A stretch of 64,000 nt of DNA from a phage. Below are positions 38,253-47,513 of the stretch, piece by piece. The stretch lies in assembly GCA_011911785.1 (NCBI GenBank), contig GCA_011911785.1_4084.1, one strand, 5' to 3'. The notes beneath the pieces were generated by a model, which had not been told where the DNA came from, ran no database searches, and saw nothing but the letters and a program-made list of their open reading frames with translations. The number at the start of each line of letters is the position of its first letter. The first letter of the stretch is position 1. A program made the position numbers and the translations under genes.

Positions 38253-38932
38253 TGTCTAAACAATTAAATGAACAGGGATTGCGTCCTGAAGTGCTTAAAG
38301 ACCTGATTTACCCTATTATCAGTGTTGATGAATATACGCCTAAAATTGAAGATGGTAATATCGTTGTTATGTTTCAGGTGTTGAATAATTTTGATGCTGC
38401 ATATGATTTGTCCTCTTTCATTGAGAAATCACCAATCACTGCGGTAGATACTGAAGCTGCTGAAACACCTAACCTAGATGGTAGATATCAAGTATTTGTT
38501 GAAATGGAACGTAATGCAGAGTTTCCAGAAAAATTACTAACTCTAATTAAGACTATTGAAAACATTTGTCCAAATCCAGGATGGAAAATACAGCTTTATG
38601 GTGTTAATGATCCAATTGATGTAGACTTTGATGAAGTTCAGCAACGTGTTGAATTGGGAACACCAGATGCACTAAGTGAGTTTTTGGATTATGCTGGCGT
38701 AACTGTACTCAAAGAGGGTAATAACCTAAAACTACAAACCGTGTATGGTGATTTATGTTATAGTACTGGTAGTGGTTTTGCATCTGAGGAATACATCAAA
38801 TCTATGCTGAAAACTGAAACCAAATTAGATACATCAAGACTTAGTTCTATATTAGGTGAAAACTATACAGTACTACGTAGTGGTAATCAGTATATAGTTG
38901 GTAGAGATGGGAAGTATCTGGTGCTAAGATGA
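38252..38932 (+). CDS. hypothetical protein (226 aa)
   Basis: ORF track; strong RBS GGAGGAA. Confidence 0.55.
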   Translation: MSKQLNEQGLRPEVLKDLIYPIISVDEYTPKIEDGNIVVMFQVLNNFDAAYDLSSFIEKSPITAVDTEAAETPNLDGRYQVFVEMERNAEFPEKLLTLIKTIENICPNPGWKIQLYGVNDPIDVDFDEVQQRVELGTPDALSEFLDYAGVTVLKEGNNLKLQTVYGDLCYSTGSGFASEEYIKSMLKTETKLDTSRLSSILGENYTVLRSGNQYIVGRDGKYLVLR

Positions 38933-39747
38933 GAATTTTAAATATGTTGAAATCTCTACATGAAAGTACTAAATTGGTTCAGGATGAAAAGTATCGTCGC
39001 AGTACTACAAAAGATTTAGCTTGTAGAATGTATATGCGTAGATTTGAGATTTCAAGGATTGGTAAGGGATGGGATGACATTAAACGTGATGATATCGATC
39101 CCGATGCAATCTTTAAAGCATATATGGCACGAAAGGTTTTCATTAATGAAAAAACATTTTATATTGACAGTGATAGAGAACGTGAAGTACAATTCACAAA
39201 AGGATTGTGGAAAATCTGGTGCATTGAGACATTTGGTGAGTTGTTACCTGAACCACCAGTACCAGAGACGTACAAAGAACTAAAGAACATCTTTGATAAT
39301 GAACATATACATATGAATTTTTCATTATATGAGACTGTCAATGAGGCATTGTTCTATGGTGAACTACACGGTCATAATGAATATTTTAGTTCTATGGTAG
39401 AGTTTGATTTGTTTTGTCATTTACCTGGGGTACAAAGCTGGACATCTGATCAGTACAGAGCCAGTAAGGTTGACAAACGTAAATTTTCAGCACAGAGATT
39501 TGTACAAGCAGCAATGGGTATGTATAAACTGGACTATCTGAACTGTCCAGAACCATATAAACATTTTTGGAAAGAAAGAGCACAGAAATGTTTAAACTAT
39601 GCTATCATACGTCTTATGGAAGTTTACATTTTAAAATTTAGGAATGCAACGGTGTATGATATGCCGGAGCCACCTAAAGATGAGAAGTACCCACCAGTTA
39701 AGGGTTTCAACTGGTACAGAGAGAAGAACAACAAAGGGACGTGCTAA
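38929..39747 (+). CDS. hypothetical protein (272 aa)
   Basis: ORF track; ATGA overlap. Confidence 0.5.
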   Translation: MRILNMLKSLHESTKLVQDEKYRRSTTKDLACRMYMRRFEISRIGKGWDDIKRDDIDPDAIFKAYMARKVFINEKTFYIDSDREREVQFTKGLWKIWCIETFGELLPEPPVPETYKELKNIFDNEHIHMNFSLYETVNEALFYGELHGHNEYFSSMVEFDLFCHLPGVQSWTSDQYRASKVDKRKFSAQRFVQAAMGMYKLDYLNCPEPYKHFWKERAQKCLNYAIIRLMEVYILKFRNATVYDMPEPPKDEKYPPVKGFNWYREKNNKGTC

Positions 39748-39762
39748 GGTGCGTCCTTTTTT
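39734..39762 (+). terminator. intrinsic terminator overlapping stop codon
   Basis: AAGGGACG-(10 nt)-CGTCCTTT stem followed by TTTTTTC. Confidence 0.5.
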
Positions 39763-39772
39763 CATTTAGGTG

Positions 39773-39801
39773 TTGACAATACTAATCAAGTTAGATAGAA
39801 T
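39773..39801 (+). promoter_or_regulatory. sigma70-like promoter (TTGACA-N17-TAGAAT)
   Basis: TTGACA at 39773-78 and TAGAAT at 39796-801. Confidence 0.55.
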
Positions 39802-39840
39802 AGCATTATTGATTTACTATTAATTAAAAAGAGGCTGATG

Positions 39841-40959
39841 ATGAAAGGAAAATATTTTTTCATTGAGAACAAACAAGAAATTGAAATCCAAGAGTTTGAT
39901 TACCAGTTTGTGTTGAATTCATTACTGAAAAAGTATGATCGTCGCGACAATAAAAAGTACTTTTATAATGTAATCGTAAAACGTACTTATGATTCAATGG
40001 GAAATCCCGAATTTGATGTTCGTAATTTAGAACTATCAAAAATTTACTATTCAAACACACGTTTGAATATGTTAGATCTCATGAAAGATGAAATTCATTT
40101 TAAAAATATTCAGATTCGTGATTTACCAGTGCCCCCACTTGAGCGTGAATACGAAGCATGGAAAGAAGGTCGTCTTAAACCACGTCCAGAACTTGCAGTG
40201 GTTGAAGTGCCAGCACCAATTGTTCTGACTAAAACACCAATTGATCCAGAAGATGAACGCATTGCGGATATCGAACAATGGATGGAATTTCCTGAAACTA
40301 TTAAAAAGGATTCTGTAAAAGTACTGGATTGGTTCGTAAACTTACCAGTATGTGCACAGGAAGTTGGTGTGAAGATTCAAAAAATTTCAGAGCGTCAATT
40401 GGACCTTAATGATGCATTACATAAGCATAGTGATTATGTTAGAACATTAATGAATAACTTAACCACTGCACTTGAATCGTTATTCCCATTGAAACCAACA
40501 TTTACACAAAAACTGTTTGGTAAAGCTGATATAAAGGTTCAACAGGCCGATTTACCTAAAGTAATGAAAGCATTGAATGATGCAGTGAAATATGATACGA
40601 ATAAGTTTAGTGGTTTAACTTCATTGTTTAATGAAATTCGAACTGAAGTTCGTGATATTAAAGATGAATTAGAATACGGAAAAATTGGGTGTGAGTATGC
40701 TATTCGTCGTTTGGATGATGCATTTGAATATGAACTGACTCTTGAACGTATCATGAAAATGAGCATTACCGCCGCAATGACTGAAGCTAGTATCGTTAAT
40801 GTGAGTAAACAGTATCAGATTGATATGAATAGAATGGTAGATATCCAAACTATTACTATTCCGTTGATTATCAATCGTTTACAGACACAAGTTGGAAAAG
40901 CAGTAGACGCAGATACCGCCGCGATCATTCGCAACTTAGCTTACGGCGATAAAGAGTAA
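39841..40959 (+). CDS. hypothetical protein (372 aa)
   Basis: ORF track; GAGG RBS 6 nt upstream of second ATG. Confidence 0.55.
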   Translation: MKGKYFFIENKQEIEIQEFDYQFVLNSLLKKYDRRDNKKYFYNVIVKRTYDSMGNPEFDVRNLELSKIYYSNTRLNMLDLMKDEIHFKNIQIRDLPVPPLEREYEAWKEGRLKPRPELAVVEVPAPIVLTKTPIDPEDERIADIEQWMEFPETIKKDSVKVLDWFVNLPVCAQEVGVKIQKISERQLDLNDALHKHSDYVRTLMNNLTTALESLFPLKPTFTQKLFGKADIKVQQADLPKVMKALNDAVKYDTNKFSGLTSLFNEIRTEVRDIKDELEYGKIGCEYAIRRLDDAFEYELTLERIMKMSITAAMTEASIVNVSKQYQIDMNRMVDIQTITIPLIINRLQTQVGKAVDADTAAIIRNLAYGDKE

Positions 40960-40968
40960 AAATAGTTG

Positions 40969-41016
40969 TTGACATAACTGTGTGTTGCTCGTATAATGTT
41001 TATCACAGAGCAACAC
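40969..41016 (+). promoter_or_regulatory. consensus sigma70 promoter with flanking inverted repeat
   Basis: TTGACA at 40969-74, TATAAT at 40992-97; 9-bp inverted repeat GTGTTGCTC (40982-90) / GAGCAACAC (41008-16) brackets the -10. Confidence 0.6.
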
Positions 41017-41044
41017 TATCTTAAATTAAATGAGGAATAACCTA

Positions 41045-42172
41045 ATGTCCGAGAAAGAAATCAATCCAAAAAAAGCAACTACCAAAACTTCTAAGCGTAC
41101 TACGACCAAAACCAAAGGTAATACTTTTGATGCGAGTGATATTTTCGACCAACAGTCTAAGACGTTACCAGTACTGAAAGATACAAAAGGTAACACTATG
41201 TCTTTAACTGTTCAGAACATTAACACCATTGGAACAACTGCTGGTGCAGGTGTCGGACGACTGGCTGATGAAATCATGTCAAAAGTGAACGTCACTGATG
41301 ACAATACTGAATTTGGTAAATCAATTACCACAATTTTATCACTAACCCGTGCTGTTGATATTGACAGTCTACAAGATGATAAATCAATTGTAGGTTGGGT
41401 CAAAAAACTCTTTGTCAATGCAAAACAGAAAGTTGGTGATCAGTACAAGAATAGTAAAGAGCAGATTGATGAAATCATGAACACACTCCAGGTTGGTATC
41501 AATCGCCAACATAGTGAATGTGAGTGGTTGGATACTGCTTACAATGAGAATAAAGCCTATCTATTTGAATTACGCGATACGCTGGTTGAATTGGAACAAG
41601 TTACAAAAACTCAAGATGCTAAACTGGAAGAAATGCAAGCGAACCCTGATGTGGATTCTTTCGCAATCCAAGAGCAGAAGATGATTTGTGAAGCATTGTC
41701 TAAACAGGAAGATAAGATTCGCCGTCTTATCATGATGTGTGAGCTTAGTGGCCCTCGTCTGATGAGTATGAAGAAAGTGAATCTAAACACTGTATCTAAA
41801 TTTGAAGATCTGAAATCTGTTGTCATCCCTGCATGGAAATCACAACTAGCAGAACAATTGATTTCTGAACGCCAACGCAAAGATAATGAGTTGGGTAATT
41901 TGATTGATAATGAAACTAACCGTTTACTTGAAGTGAACTCCAAAATGGTAGCAACTAATATGTTAGATGCTGCTAAAGCTAATAACCGTGGTATTGTGGA
42001 TATTAAAACATTGCGTAACGTACACAAAACAATGATCGATAGCATCGAAGCAGTACTGATTGAAGAGAAGAAAGGTAAGGAAGAACGTGAACGTGCTAAA
42101 CATGAAATTGCACAGTTGTCCTACGAACTTGAAGAAACTCTTCGCGAAATTGCTGACAAAGCTAACAAGTAA
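41045..42172 (+). CDS. hypothetical coiled-coil protein (375 aa)
   Basis: ATG 41045 with GAGGAA RBS; largely alpha-helical/coiled-coil composition. Confidence 0.55.
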   Translation: MSEKEINPKKATTKTSKRTTTKTKGNTFDASDIFDQQSKTLPVLKDTKGNTMSLTVQNINTIGTTAGAGVGRLADEIMSKVNVTDDNTEFGKSITTILSLTRAVDIDSLQDDKSIVGWVKKLFVNAKQKVGDQYKNSKEQIDEIMNTLQVGINRQHSECEWLDTAYNENKAYLFELRDTLVELEQVTKTQDAKLEEMQANPDVDSFAIQEQKMICEALSKQEDKIRRLIMMCELSGPRLMSMKKVNLNTVSKFEDLKSVVIPAWKSQLAEQLISERQRKDNELGNLIDNETNRLLEVNSKMVATNMLDAAKANNRGIVDIKTLRNVHKTMIDSIEAVLIEEKKGKEERERAKHEIAQLSYELEETLREIADKANK

Positions 42173-42175
42173 TAG

Positions 42176-42212
42176 TTGACATATAAATGTGCCCATTGTA
42201 TAATGGGCACAT
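42176..42212 (+). promoter_or_regulatory. consensus sigma70 promoter with -10 at centre of a palindrome
   Basis: TTGACA at 42176-81, TATAAT at 42199-204; palindrome ATGTGCCCATT-GTAT-AATGGGCACAT (42187-42212). Confidence 0.6.
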
Positions 42213-42240
42213 ATTTTATTAATTATCTAAGGATAATATG

Positions 42241-42939
42241 ATGGCAGATAAAGTTACACACTATGCAGTTGATATTGAATCTTTCGGAACTCCAGAACGT
42301 AGTGGTTATGATATTACCATTCCAAATTACGCAATTGTTTTAGTTCCAACTAACCCAATGAAAGATATCTCACGTTATGCATATGTTAAACTACCATTCC
42401 AAAAACAAATTGATGCTGGTCTTAAAGTTGATGCAGGTTCAATGAACTTTTGGATGAATATGTGTCAAAATGATCATAAAGGTGCATATGAAGAAGTAGT
42501 TAGTACACTCACGTTGACAGAACCAGAAATTATTTCCGGTAGTCAAAACAATTTGTATAAAACAAAAAATGTACTTGATTTGTGGAATGCACTTCGTTAT
42601 GATCTTAATGGAAATGAGAACAATATTGAAATTTGGGGTAATGGCTGTCACTTCGATTGTAGTATTCTTCAAGCAAACCATCGTAAAATGTTTGGTGTGG
42701 GCGAATTGTGGAAATACAATGCACCACAGAATGCCCGAAGTGTTAAGAATCGCCTAACTGAAGATGAAAAATTTGACATGGATTCCATTGTTGATGTACA
42801 ATTGAAAAAGTTTGTGGAGATGGTTGCTGATCATGGTCTTTATGGTCTAGAACTTCACCACCCATTATTCGATGCAGCACGTGAAGCTATCCAGGTTTCA
42901 TATTGCTTAAATGCAATCAACGAACGCGGAAACTATTAA
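42241..42939 (+). CDS. dexA: DEDDh 3'-5' exonuclease (T4 DexA-like)
   Basis: Exo I VDIESFG, Exo II GCHFDCSIL, Exo III HHPLFDAAREA; about 232 aa, similar to T4 DexA. Confidence 0.7.
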   Translation: MADKVTHYAVDIESFGTPERSGYDITIPNYAIVLVPTNPMKDISRYAYVKLPFQKQIDAGLKVDAGSMNFWMNMCQNDHKGAYEEVVSTLTLTEPEIISGSQNNLYKTKNVLDLWNALRYDLNGNENNIEIWGNGCHFDCSILQANHRKMFGVGELWKYNAPQNARSVKNRLTEDEKFDMDSIVDVQLKKFVEMVADHGLYGLELHHPLFDAAREAIQVSYCLNAINERGNY

Positions 42940-42949
42940 AGGTAACACA

Positions 42950-44047
42950 ATGAACTTAGCAATTCTTCTAATACCAAGTTTGATAGTTGTTCTAATCATG
43001 AAGTTCAAATACCATACTGCCATAACAACAAAGGAATTGCTAATTCATACTGGAATTTGCTTTCTTGCAGCGGTGTTGGTATTGGGAACATCATACTTGA
43101 TAAACTACAGCCAACTTCGTGATGTTGAAATTCTAAATGGTCAGGTTACAGAGAAATACAGCCAACGTGAGAACTGCACATCACAATCAAGTTCTTGTAA
43201 ACACTATACTTGGCATGAGCGTTGCTGGACTACCTATGATTCTAAAGGTCGCTCACAACGTGAATGTGAATCTTATAAGGTATTCGACTATCCGTATGAG
43301 ATTGATTGGTACGTTAAAAGCACTGTTGGTAAGTTTGAGATTGAAAGGGTCAATAGACAAGGAACACAAACTCCACCACGCTGGCAAGAAGTGAAAATTG
43401 GTGATTATGCAGCAGCAGAAAACACATACATAAATTATCTATTTGCAGATAAACACTCATTATTCAGTACTGAAGATTTGATTTCTATGTATGATAAAGA
43501 ATATCTGGAATCTTTACCTGAATATCCAAGTATTAGTGATTATTATAAAACACACCACGTTATTAATAAAACTGATTACGATGTGAGTGGGTATGATGAA
43601 TATTTACGTGAAGTGTTAAAAACATTAGGTGCACAAAAGCAAGTAAACATTCAAGTACTAGTATATGATTATCATGACGTGAATTTTGTTGATGCAGTAA
43701 CCTCAATCTGGCGTGGTGGCAAGAAGAACGATGTGATTATGTTCTTTGGTATCAGTAATGATGGTGTCGTTAAATCATTCAATAGTACGTCATTCGCTAA
43801 AGGTATGAATAATGAAGAATTGCATTCTAAAATGCGAATGGATGCGTTAAATGAAGTATTAACACTTGACTTACTTAAAGTTCAGGTTCATAATATACAG
43901 ACTAAGTTTGAACGTCTGTCGAATAAAGAGTTTGAATACATGGCAGTTAAAATGGAACCACGAAAAGATGTTATGATTGCTGCATCTTTGATTCTCATTG
44001 TACTGTCGATTGTTGTTGGTCTTTATATGAAGGAAAATAATGTATGA
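42950..44047 (+). CDS. membrane protein with N- and C-terminal TM helices and Cys-rich middle (365 aa)
   Basis: ATG 42950; hydrophobic N-terminus and C-terminal IAASLILIVLSIVVGLY. Confidence 0.5.
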   Translation: MNLAILLIPSLIVVLIMKFKYHTAITTKELLIHTGICFLAAVLVLGTSYLINYSQLRDVEILNGQVTEKYSQRENCTSQSSSCKHYTWHERCWTTYDSKGRSQRECESYKVFDYPYEIDWYVKSTVGKFEIERVNRQGTQTPPRWQEVKIGDYAAAENTYINYLFADKHSLFSTEDLISMYDKEYLESLPEYPSISDYYKTHHVINKTDYDVSGYDEYLREVLKTLGAQKQVNIQVLVYDYHDVNFVDAVTSIWRGGKKNDVIMFFGISNDGVVKSFNSTSFAKGMNNEELHSKMRMDALNEVLTLDLLKVQVHNIQTKFERLSNKEFEYMAVKMEPRKDVMIAASLILIVLSIVVGLYMKENNV

Positions 44048-44598
44048 ATAAGCCTCTGATTTTGTTGGTTGGTGTGTTGGTGATTTTTGTTATTGGTGTG
44101 TTTGCAACTGTAAGTATGTATAGTTCAGCACATGATAGTGCAGTGAATTTTGAAGGTAATATTAAAAAGTACTACGATGCATCTGAAAGTCAACTGAGCA
44201 GTTATACACTAACTATTCAAGAAAAGGTTCAAGTATCGGACAAATATAAGGATGCATTGAAAGAGACAATCGAAGCGTACTTTAAGGGACGTGAAGGAGT
44301 TGATCAGAAATTTGTAATGTCACAGATTCAACAACAAGTTCCAAATCTTGATCCTAAGATTTATCAAGAGTTGATGGTTACAATTGATGCAGGGCGTGAG
44401 AAGTTCAATAACTTGCAGAAAATGAAAATTGAACAATGTACTGATTATGAGAAATTCCGTAAAGGTTTCTGGAACTCAAAAATCATCGATTCTAATACAT
44501 TCCCAAGTAAAGATATTGAACATTTGTGTACTGTTGTTTCTGATACTCGCACTAAGAAAGCAATGGAAACTGGTATTCAGGAAGTAATTAAATTGTAA
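44044..44598 (+). CDS. membrane-anchored protein (184 aa)
   Basis: ORF track; N-terminal TM helix; ATGA overlap. Confidence 0.5.
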   Translation: MNKPLILLVGVLVIFVIGVFATVSMYSSAHDSAVNFEGNIKKYYDASESQLSSYTLTIQEKVQVSDKYKDALKETIEAYFKGREGVDQKFVMSQIQQQVPNLDPKIYQELMVTIDAGREKFNNLQKMKIEQCTDYEKFRKGFWNSKIIDSNTFPSKDIEHLCTVVSDTRTKKAMETGIQEVIKL

Positions 44599-44604
44599 GT
44601 ATTT

Positions 44605-44633
44605 GGGGAGTACATTATTGTACTCCCTTTTTA
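44605..44633 (+). terminator. intrinsic terminator
   Basis: GGGAGTACA-TTAT-TGTACTCCC hairpin followed by TTTTT. Confidence 0.7.
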
Positions 44634-44647
44634 ATAGGATATAAACT

Positions 44648-45229
44648 ATGTTTTATAATGAAACTCTTAAGTTGTTCGAGCGTATAGCAGAAATCAAAAA
44701 GCGTGCATATGATAATATAATTCTTCCTTATAGTTTTGAATCAGATACTATAATTTTTAAAATGAAACATCATGCTCGTCATTATGAATTTATTTTAGGG
44801 ATAAAAGAACCTAAAATTGAATCCAATGTTCCAAATATATCATCATCTATCGCAGTTCCAAGCGGTGTAAATATTGCCCACGGTCATCCAATGACAATTG
44901 CGGCAACTTCATCCAATACGATTATTGAGCGTTATATTAAAGTTTGTACAACAACAGCTATGCAAAATATCATATCAGTTGAGTGGAGTGAACTACCAAG
45001 TAACTTCATTTACTTCACCAATAGTAATGGTACAACATCTGAGAAAGAATCTATGGGTAATAAGATTATGTCAGCTATGATTCTACATGAAAAAACGCTT
45101 ATCAATGGTGAAATATATTCATTAGAAGACAATCCAGATGCATTTATTAAAGACATTGAGGGTTCCAATAAATTTAGTATTTTAGAAGTATTAAATCTTG
45201 AAAAGGATTATAAACATGCAATACGATAA
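44648..45229 (+). CDS. hypothetical protein (193 aa)
   Basis: ORF track; AGGA RBS. Confidence 0.5.
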   Translation: MFYNETLKLFERIAEIKKRAYDNIILPYSFESDTIIFKMKHHARHYEFILGIKEPKIESNVPNISSSIAVPSGVNIAHGHPMTIAATSSNTIIERYIKVCTTTAMQNIISVEWSELPSNFIYFTNSNGTTSEKESMGNKIMSAMILHEKTLINGEIYSLEDNPDAFIKDIEGSNKFSILEVLNLEKDYKHAIR

Positions 45230-45746
45230 TAAAGATCTACCATATCTCCCCGATCTGGAAAGAGGTGTTAATGAGTTCGTTCAGGTAATATCAGAGTGGG
45301 ATGTATCAGTATTTTCATATAATCGTAAGAAGGATTTCGAATATAAAGGCGTTCATTTTTTTATCACGGATAATTTAATAACCCTGCAATCTAAAATAGA
45401 AATGTTTGGATCTTTAGACCCCATATATCGTCAGCCATATTCTGATCCATACAAAGAAAATATTGCAAGAATGTTTGAAAATAGAACAAGACAATATACC
45501 CGAAATTATTTTGGTACTTTCGATTTCACTAAAAAAGGTACATTGGTTGGATATACCATATCAACAGAATCTTTCACATCTATACATAGTGTGATTCTTG
45601 GTGAGAAAAAAATGTTAGTTAATAATGAAGATTGGTTAGACCGTGAAAATTTTCATGAATATGCATTTCAGCATTCTGTAGCAAATCCAAAAGAACCATT
45701 TGATGTGTTCTTTATTTCTAATGTATTAAGAATGTTAGGAGAATAA
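45216..45746 (+). CDS. hypothetical protein (176 aa)
   Basis: ATG 45216 with AAGGA RBS. Confidence 0.5.
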   Translation: MQYDNKDLPYLPDLERGVNEFVQVISEWDVSVFSYNRKKDFEYKGVHFFITDNLITLQSKIEMFGSLDPIYRQPYSDPYKENIARMFENRTRQYTRNYFGTFDFTKKGTLVGYTISTESFTSIHSVILGEKKMLVNNEDWLDRENFHEYAFQHSVANPKEPFDVFFISNVLRMLGE

Positions 45747-45747
45747 T

Positions 45748-46101
45748 ATGTTGATTTACTTATGTGTGCTTTTGGTTTCATTGGTTGTAGCAGTATTAGT
45801 ACTGAAAACTATTTCAACTATTCGTTCTAAAATTGATAAACATCAAGAAAATTCTGTTATCGATTTAGTTATGGATTTTCCTAAAATCAGTGCAGCCGTT
45901 GTTTTTGTTGTTATGTTATTTGGAACATACTGCGTAAAAGGCTACCTCTATGGTATGTATGATTGTAGCGTTCGCTCATATTCACAAGGTGTCGAAACTG
46001 ACTATAGCTGGTACTATGGTAAGTGTCGTTTTAAAAATGAGCATGGTATTTGGGTAGATTTTGATAAACTACGCGGAACACCATCAGGTGATGAAGAATA
46101 A
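45748..46101 (+). CDS. small membrane protein (117 aa)
   Basis: ORF track; GGAG RBS; N-terminal TM helix. Confidence 0.5.
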   Translation: MLIYLCVLLVSLVVAVLVLKTISTIRSKIDKHQENSVIDLVMDFPKISAAVVFVVMLFGTYCVKGYLYGMYDCSVRSYSQGVETDYSWYYGKCRFKNEHGIWVDFDKLRGTPSGDEE

Positions 46102-46595
46102 TGTTTGAATTTCCTGATGAACAACCAAAAAACTACATTGACTGTACTGAAGATGGATACACGCATATCAATATCTACAGTAAAGGGAAAACTAAGCTAG
46201 GGAGAGATTTATCTAATTTTTCTCCCCATAGCTTTACACTAGAACCATATGGATGGTTTCCTTCGGTTGAGTCTTTTTATTTCTGGTTCCTCACTGGACA
46301 ACAGCATGAAGAACTTAGAAAGGTATCAGGAGCCGCAGCGAAAGCCGCTGCAAACAAATATATGCATGACCGTATAGAGATGACACCTGAGCGATTAAAT
46401 GTAATCCAGGATGCGATATGTGCTAAAATAATGCAGAATCCTGAACTTGCTGAACGATTGCGTAAAAGTACTCTGAAGTTTGAGCATTATTATTTGTATG
46501 GTGGTAAGATTATTGATGTTAGTGATGACCACCGTTGGTTTGTTCAGACCTTTGAGGATATCAGAACAGTACTGAAGGAGATGAATAATGGATAA
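46101..46595 (+). CDS. hypothetical protein, possible NADAR (YbiA-like) domain
   Basis: C-terminal AKIMQNPELAERLRKST resembles the NADAR motif AKF.QNP.L...LL.T; 164 aa. Confidence 0.35.
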   Translation: MFEFPDEQPKNYIDCTEDGYTHINIYSKGKTKLGRDLSNFSPHSFTLEPYGWFPSVESFYFWFLTGQQHEELRKVSGAAAKAAANKYMHDRIEMTPERLNVIQDAICAKIMQNPELAERLRKSTLKFEHYYLYGGKIIDVSDDHRWFVQTFEDIRTVLKEMNNG

Positions 46596-46863
46596 AGTGA
46601 AAATTTGTTGTCTTGAATGTGAGATGTTTGTCACTCCGTCTGATACAATGTTGACAATAGAGGAACAAGTCTTTCCATTAAGAGGTGGCTATATAAAATT
46701 ACCAACACCATTTTATAGTACATCTTGTTCAATATGTGGTAATGAACTTGTTCTTCATGAGTTGAATCACGTTAATATTATGGTTGTAAATGCAATTAGT
46801 TCGTATGCAAAAGAATTGGTTAGAAATGACAGTTCATTTGCACATTTATGGGGTTTCAACTGA
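46588..46863 (+). CDS. zinc-ribbon protein (two CxxC pairs), paralogue of next gene
   Basis: CCLECE ... CSICGNE; GAAGGAG RBS. Confidence 0.5.
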   Translation: MDKVKICCLECEMFVTPSDTMLTIEEQVFPLRGGYIKLPTPFYSTSCSICGNELVLHELNHVNIMVVNAISSYAKELVRNDSSFAHLWGFN

Positions 46864-46864
46864 T

Positions 46865-47137
46865 ATGAATCATTCAAGAACTTGTTGGATATGTTACAAT
46901 AAGGATGTAGATCATACTCTTGAACTTGAATATATGGAGATGAACTATGCAACAGACGTAAGATCATTTTCTGCTGGTCGTGTTATAATAAAAACACCAC
47001 AATATCAGTGTTTGTGTTCAGTGTGTGGTGGGAATGGTGTATATCGCAATGAGGTTCAAATGGTAAATGATGCTATTGAGCTTTATTTTGGACAATATGT
47101 TTTGGATTTATATAAAAATGAACAAACTAACATTTGA
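46865..47137 (+). CDS. zinc-ribbon protein (two CxxC pairs), paralogue of previous gene
   Basis: CWICYNK ... CSVCGGNG; first ATG after previous stop. Confidence 0.5.
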   Translation: MNHSRTCWICYNKDVDHTLELEYMEMNYATDVRSFSAGRVIIKTPQYQCLCSVCGGNGVYRNEVQMVNDAIELYFGQYVLDLYKNEQTNI

Positions 47138-47348
47138 TGCAACCCCAATAAATGAACTTTTAGTGCCCAGTGAAGGAAGCACTGTTAAAATGAACATGTA
47201 CTGGATTGTCAAAGATGGAAATGTATTCAGACATAAAATAACAAAAGTATGGCAATGTAACAAAAATGAAAGTATTGTTAAGATGATAGCTAATACTGTA
47301 GATGGTGCTGAAGTTGTTTTTATGCCGTATGCATATATTAAGGAATAA
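47118..47348 (+). CDS. hypothetical protein (76 aa)
   Basis: In-frame ATG 47118; weak RBS. Confidence 0.4.
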   Translation: MNKLTFDATPINELLVPSEGSTVKMNMYWIVKDGNVFRHKITKVWQCNKNESIVKMIANTVDGAEVVFMPYAYIKE

Positions 47349-47362
47349 ACATGAAAAAAGAG

Positions 47363-47391
47363 TTGACAATATTCGTCATTCCAACTATAAT
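47363..47391 (+). promoter_or_regulatory. consensus sigma70 promoter (TTGACA-N17-TATAAT)
   Basis: TTGACA at 47363-68, TATAAT at 47386-91. Confidence 0.55.
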
Positions 47392-47513
47392 GTTGATATT
47401 GGCTCTGGTGTTCCCACAATCACATGTGGTTATGCTTAACATCATAGAACTAATTTTATTGGTAATACACTGTATTGTCTGTTACTATTACATTAACAGT
47501 AATGAGGATCGTG

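Noticed and set aside
37677-38932. Assigning 37677-38252 and 38252-38932 as clamp-loader small subunit (gp62) and sliding clamp (gp45)
   Set aside because: Sizes are compatible (191 and 226 aa) but I see no sequence similarity to T4 gp62 or gp45; left as hypothetical.
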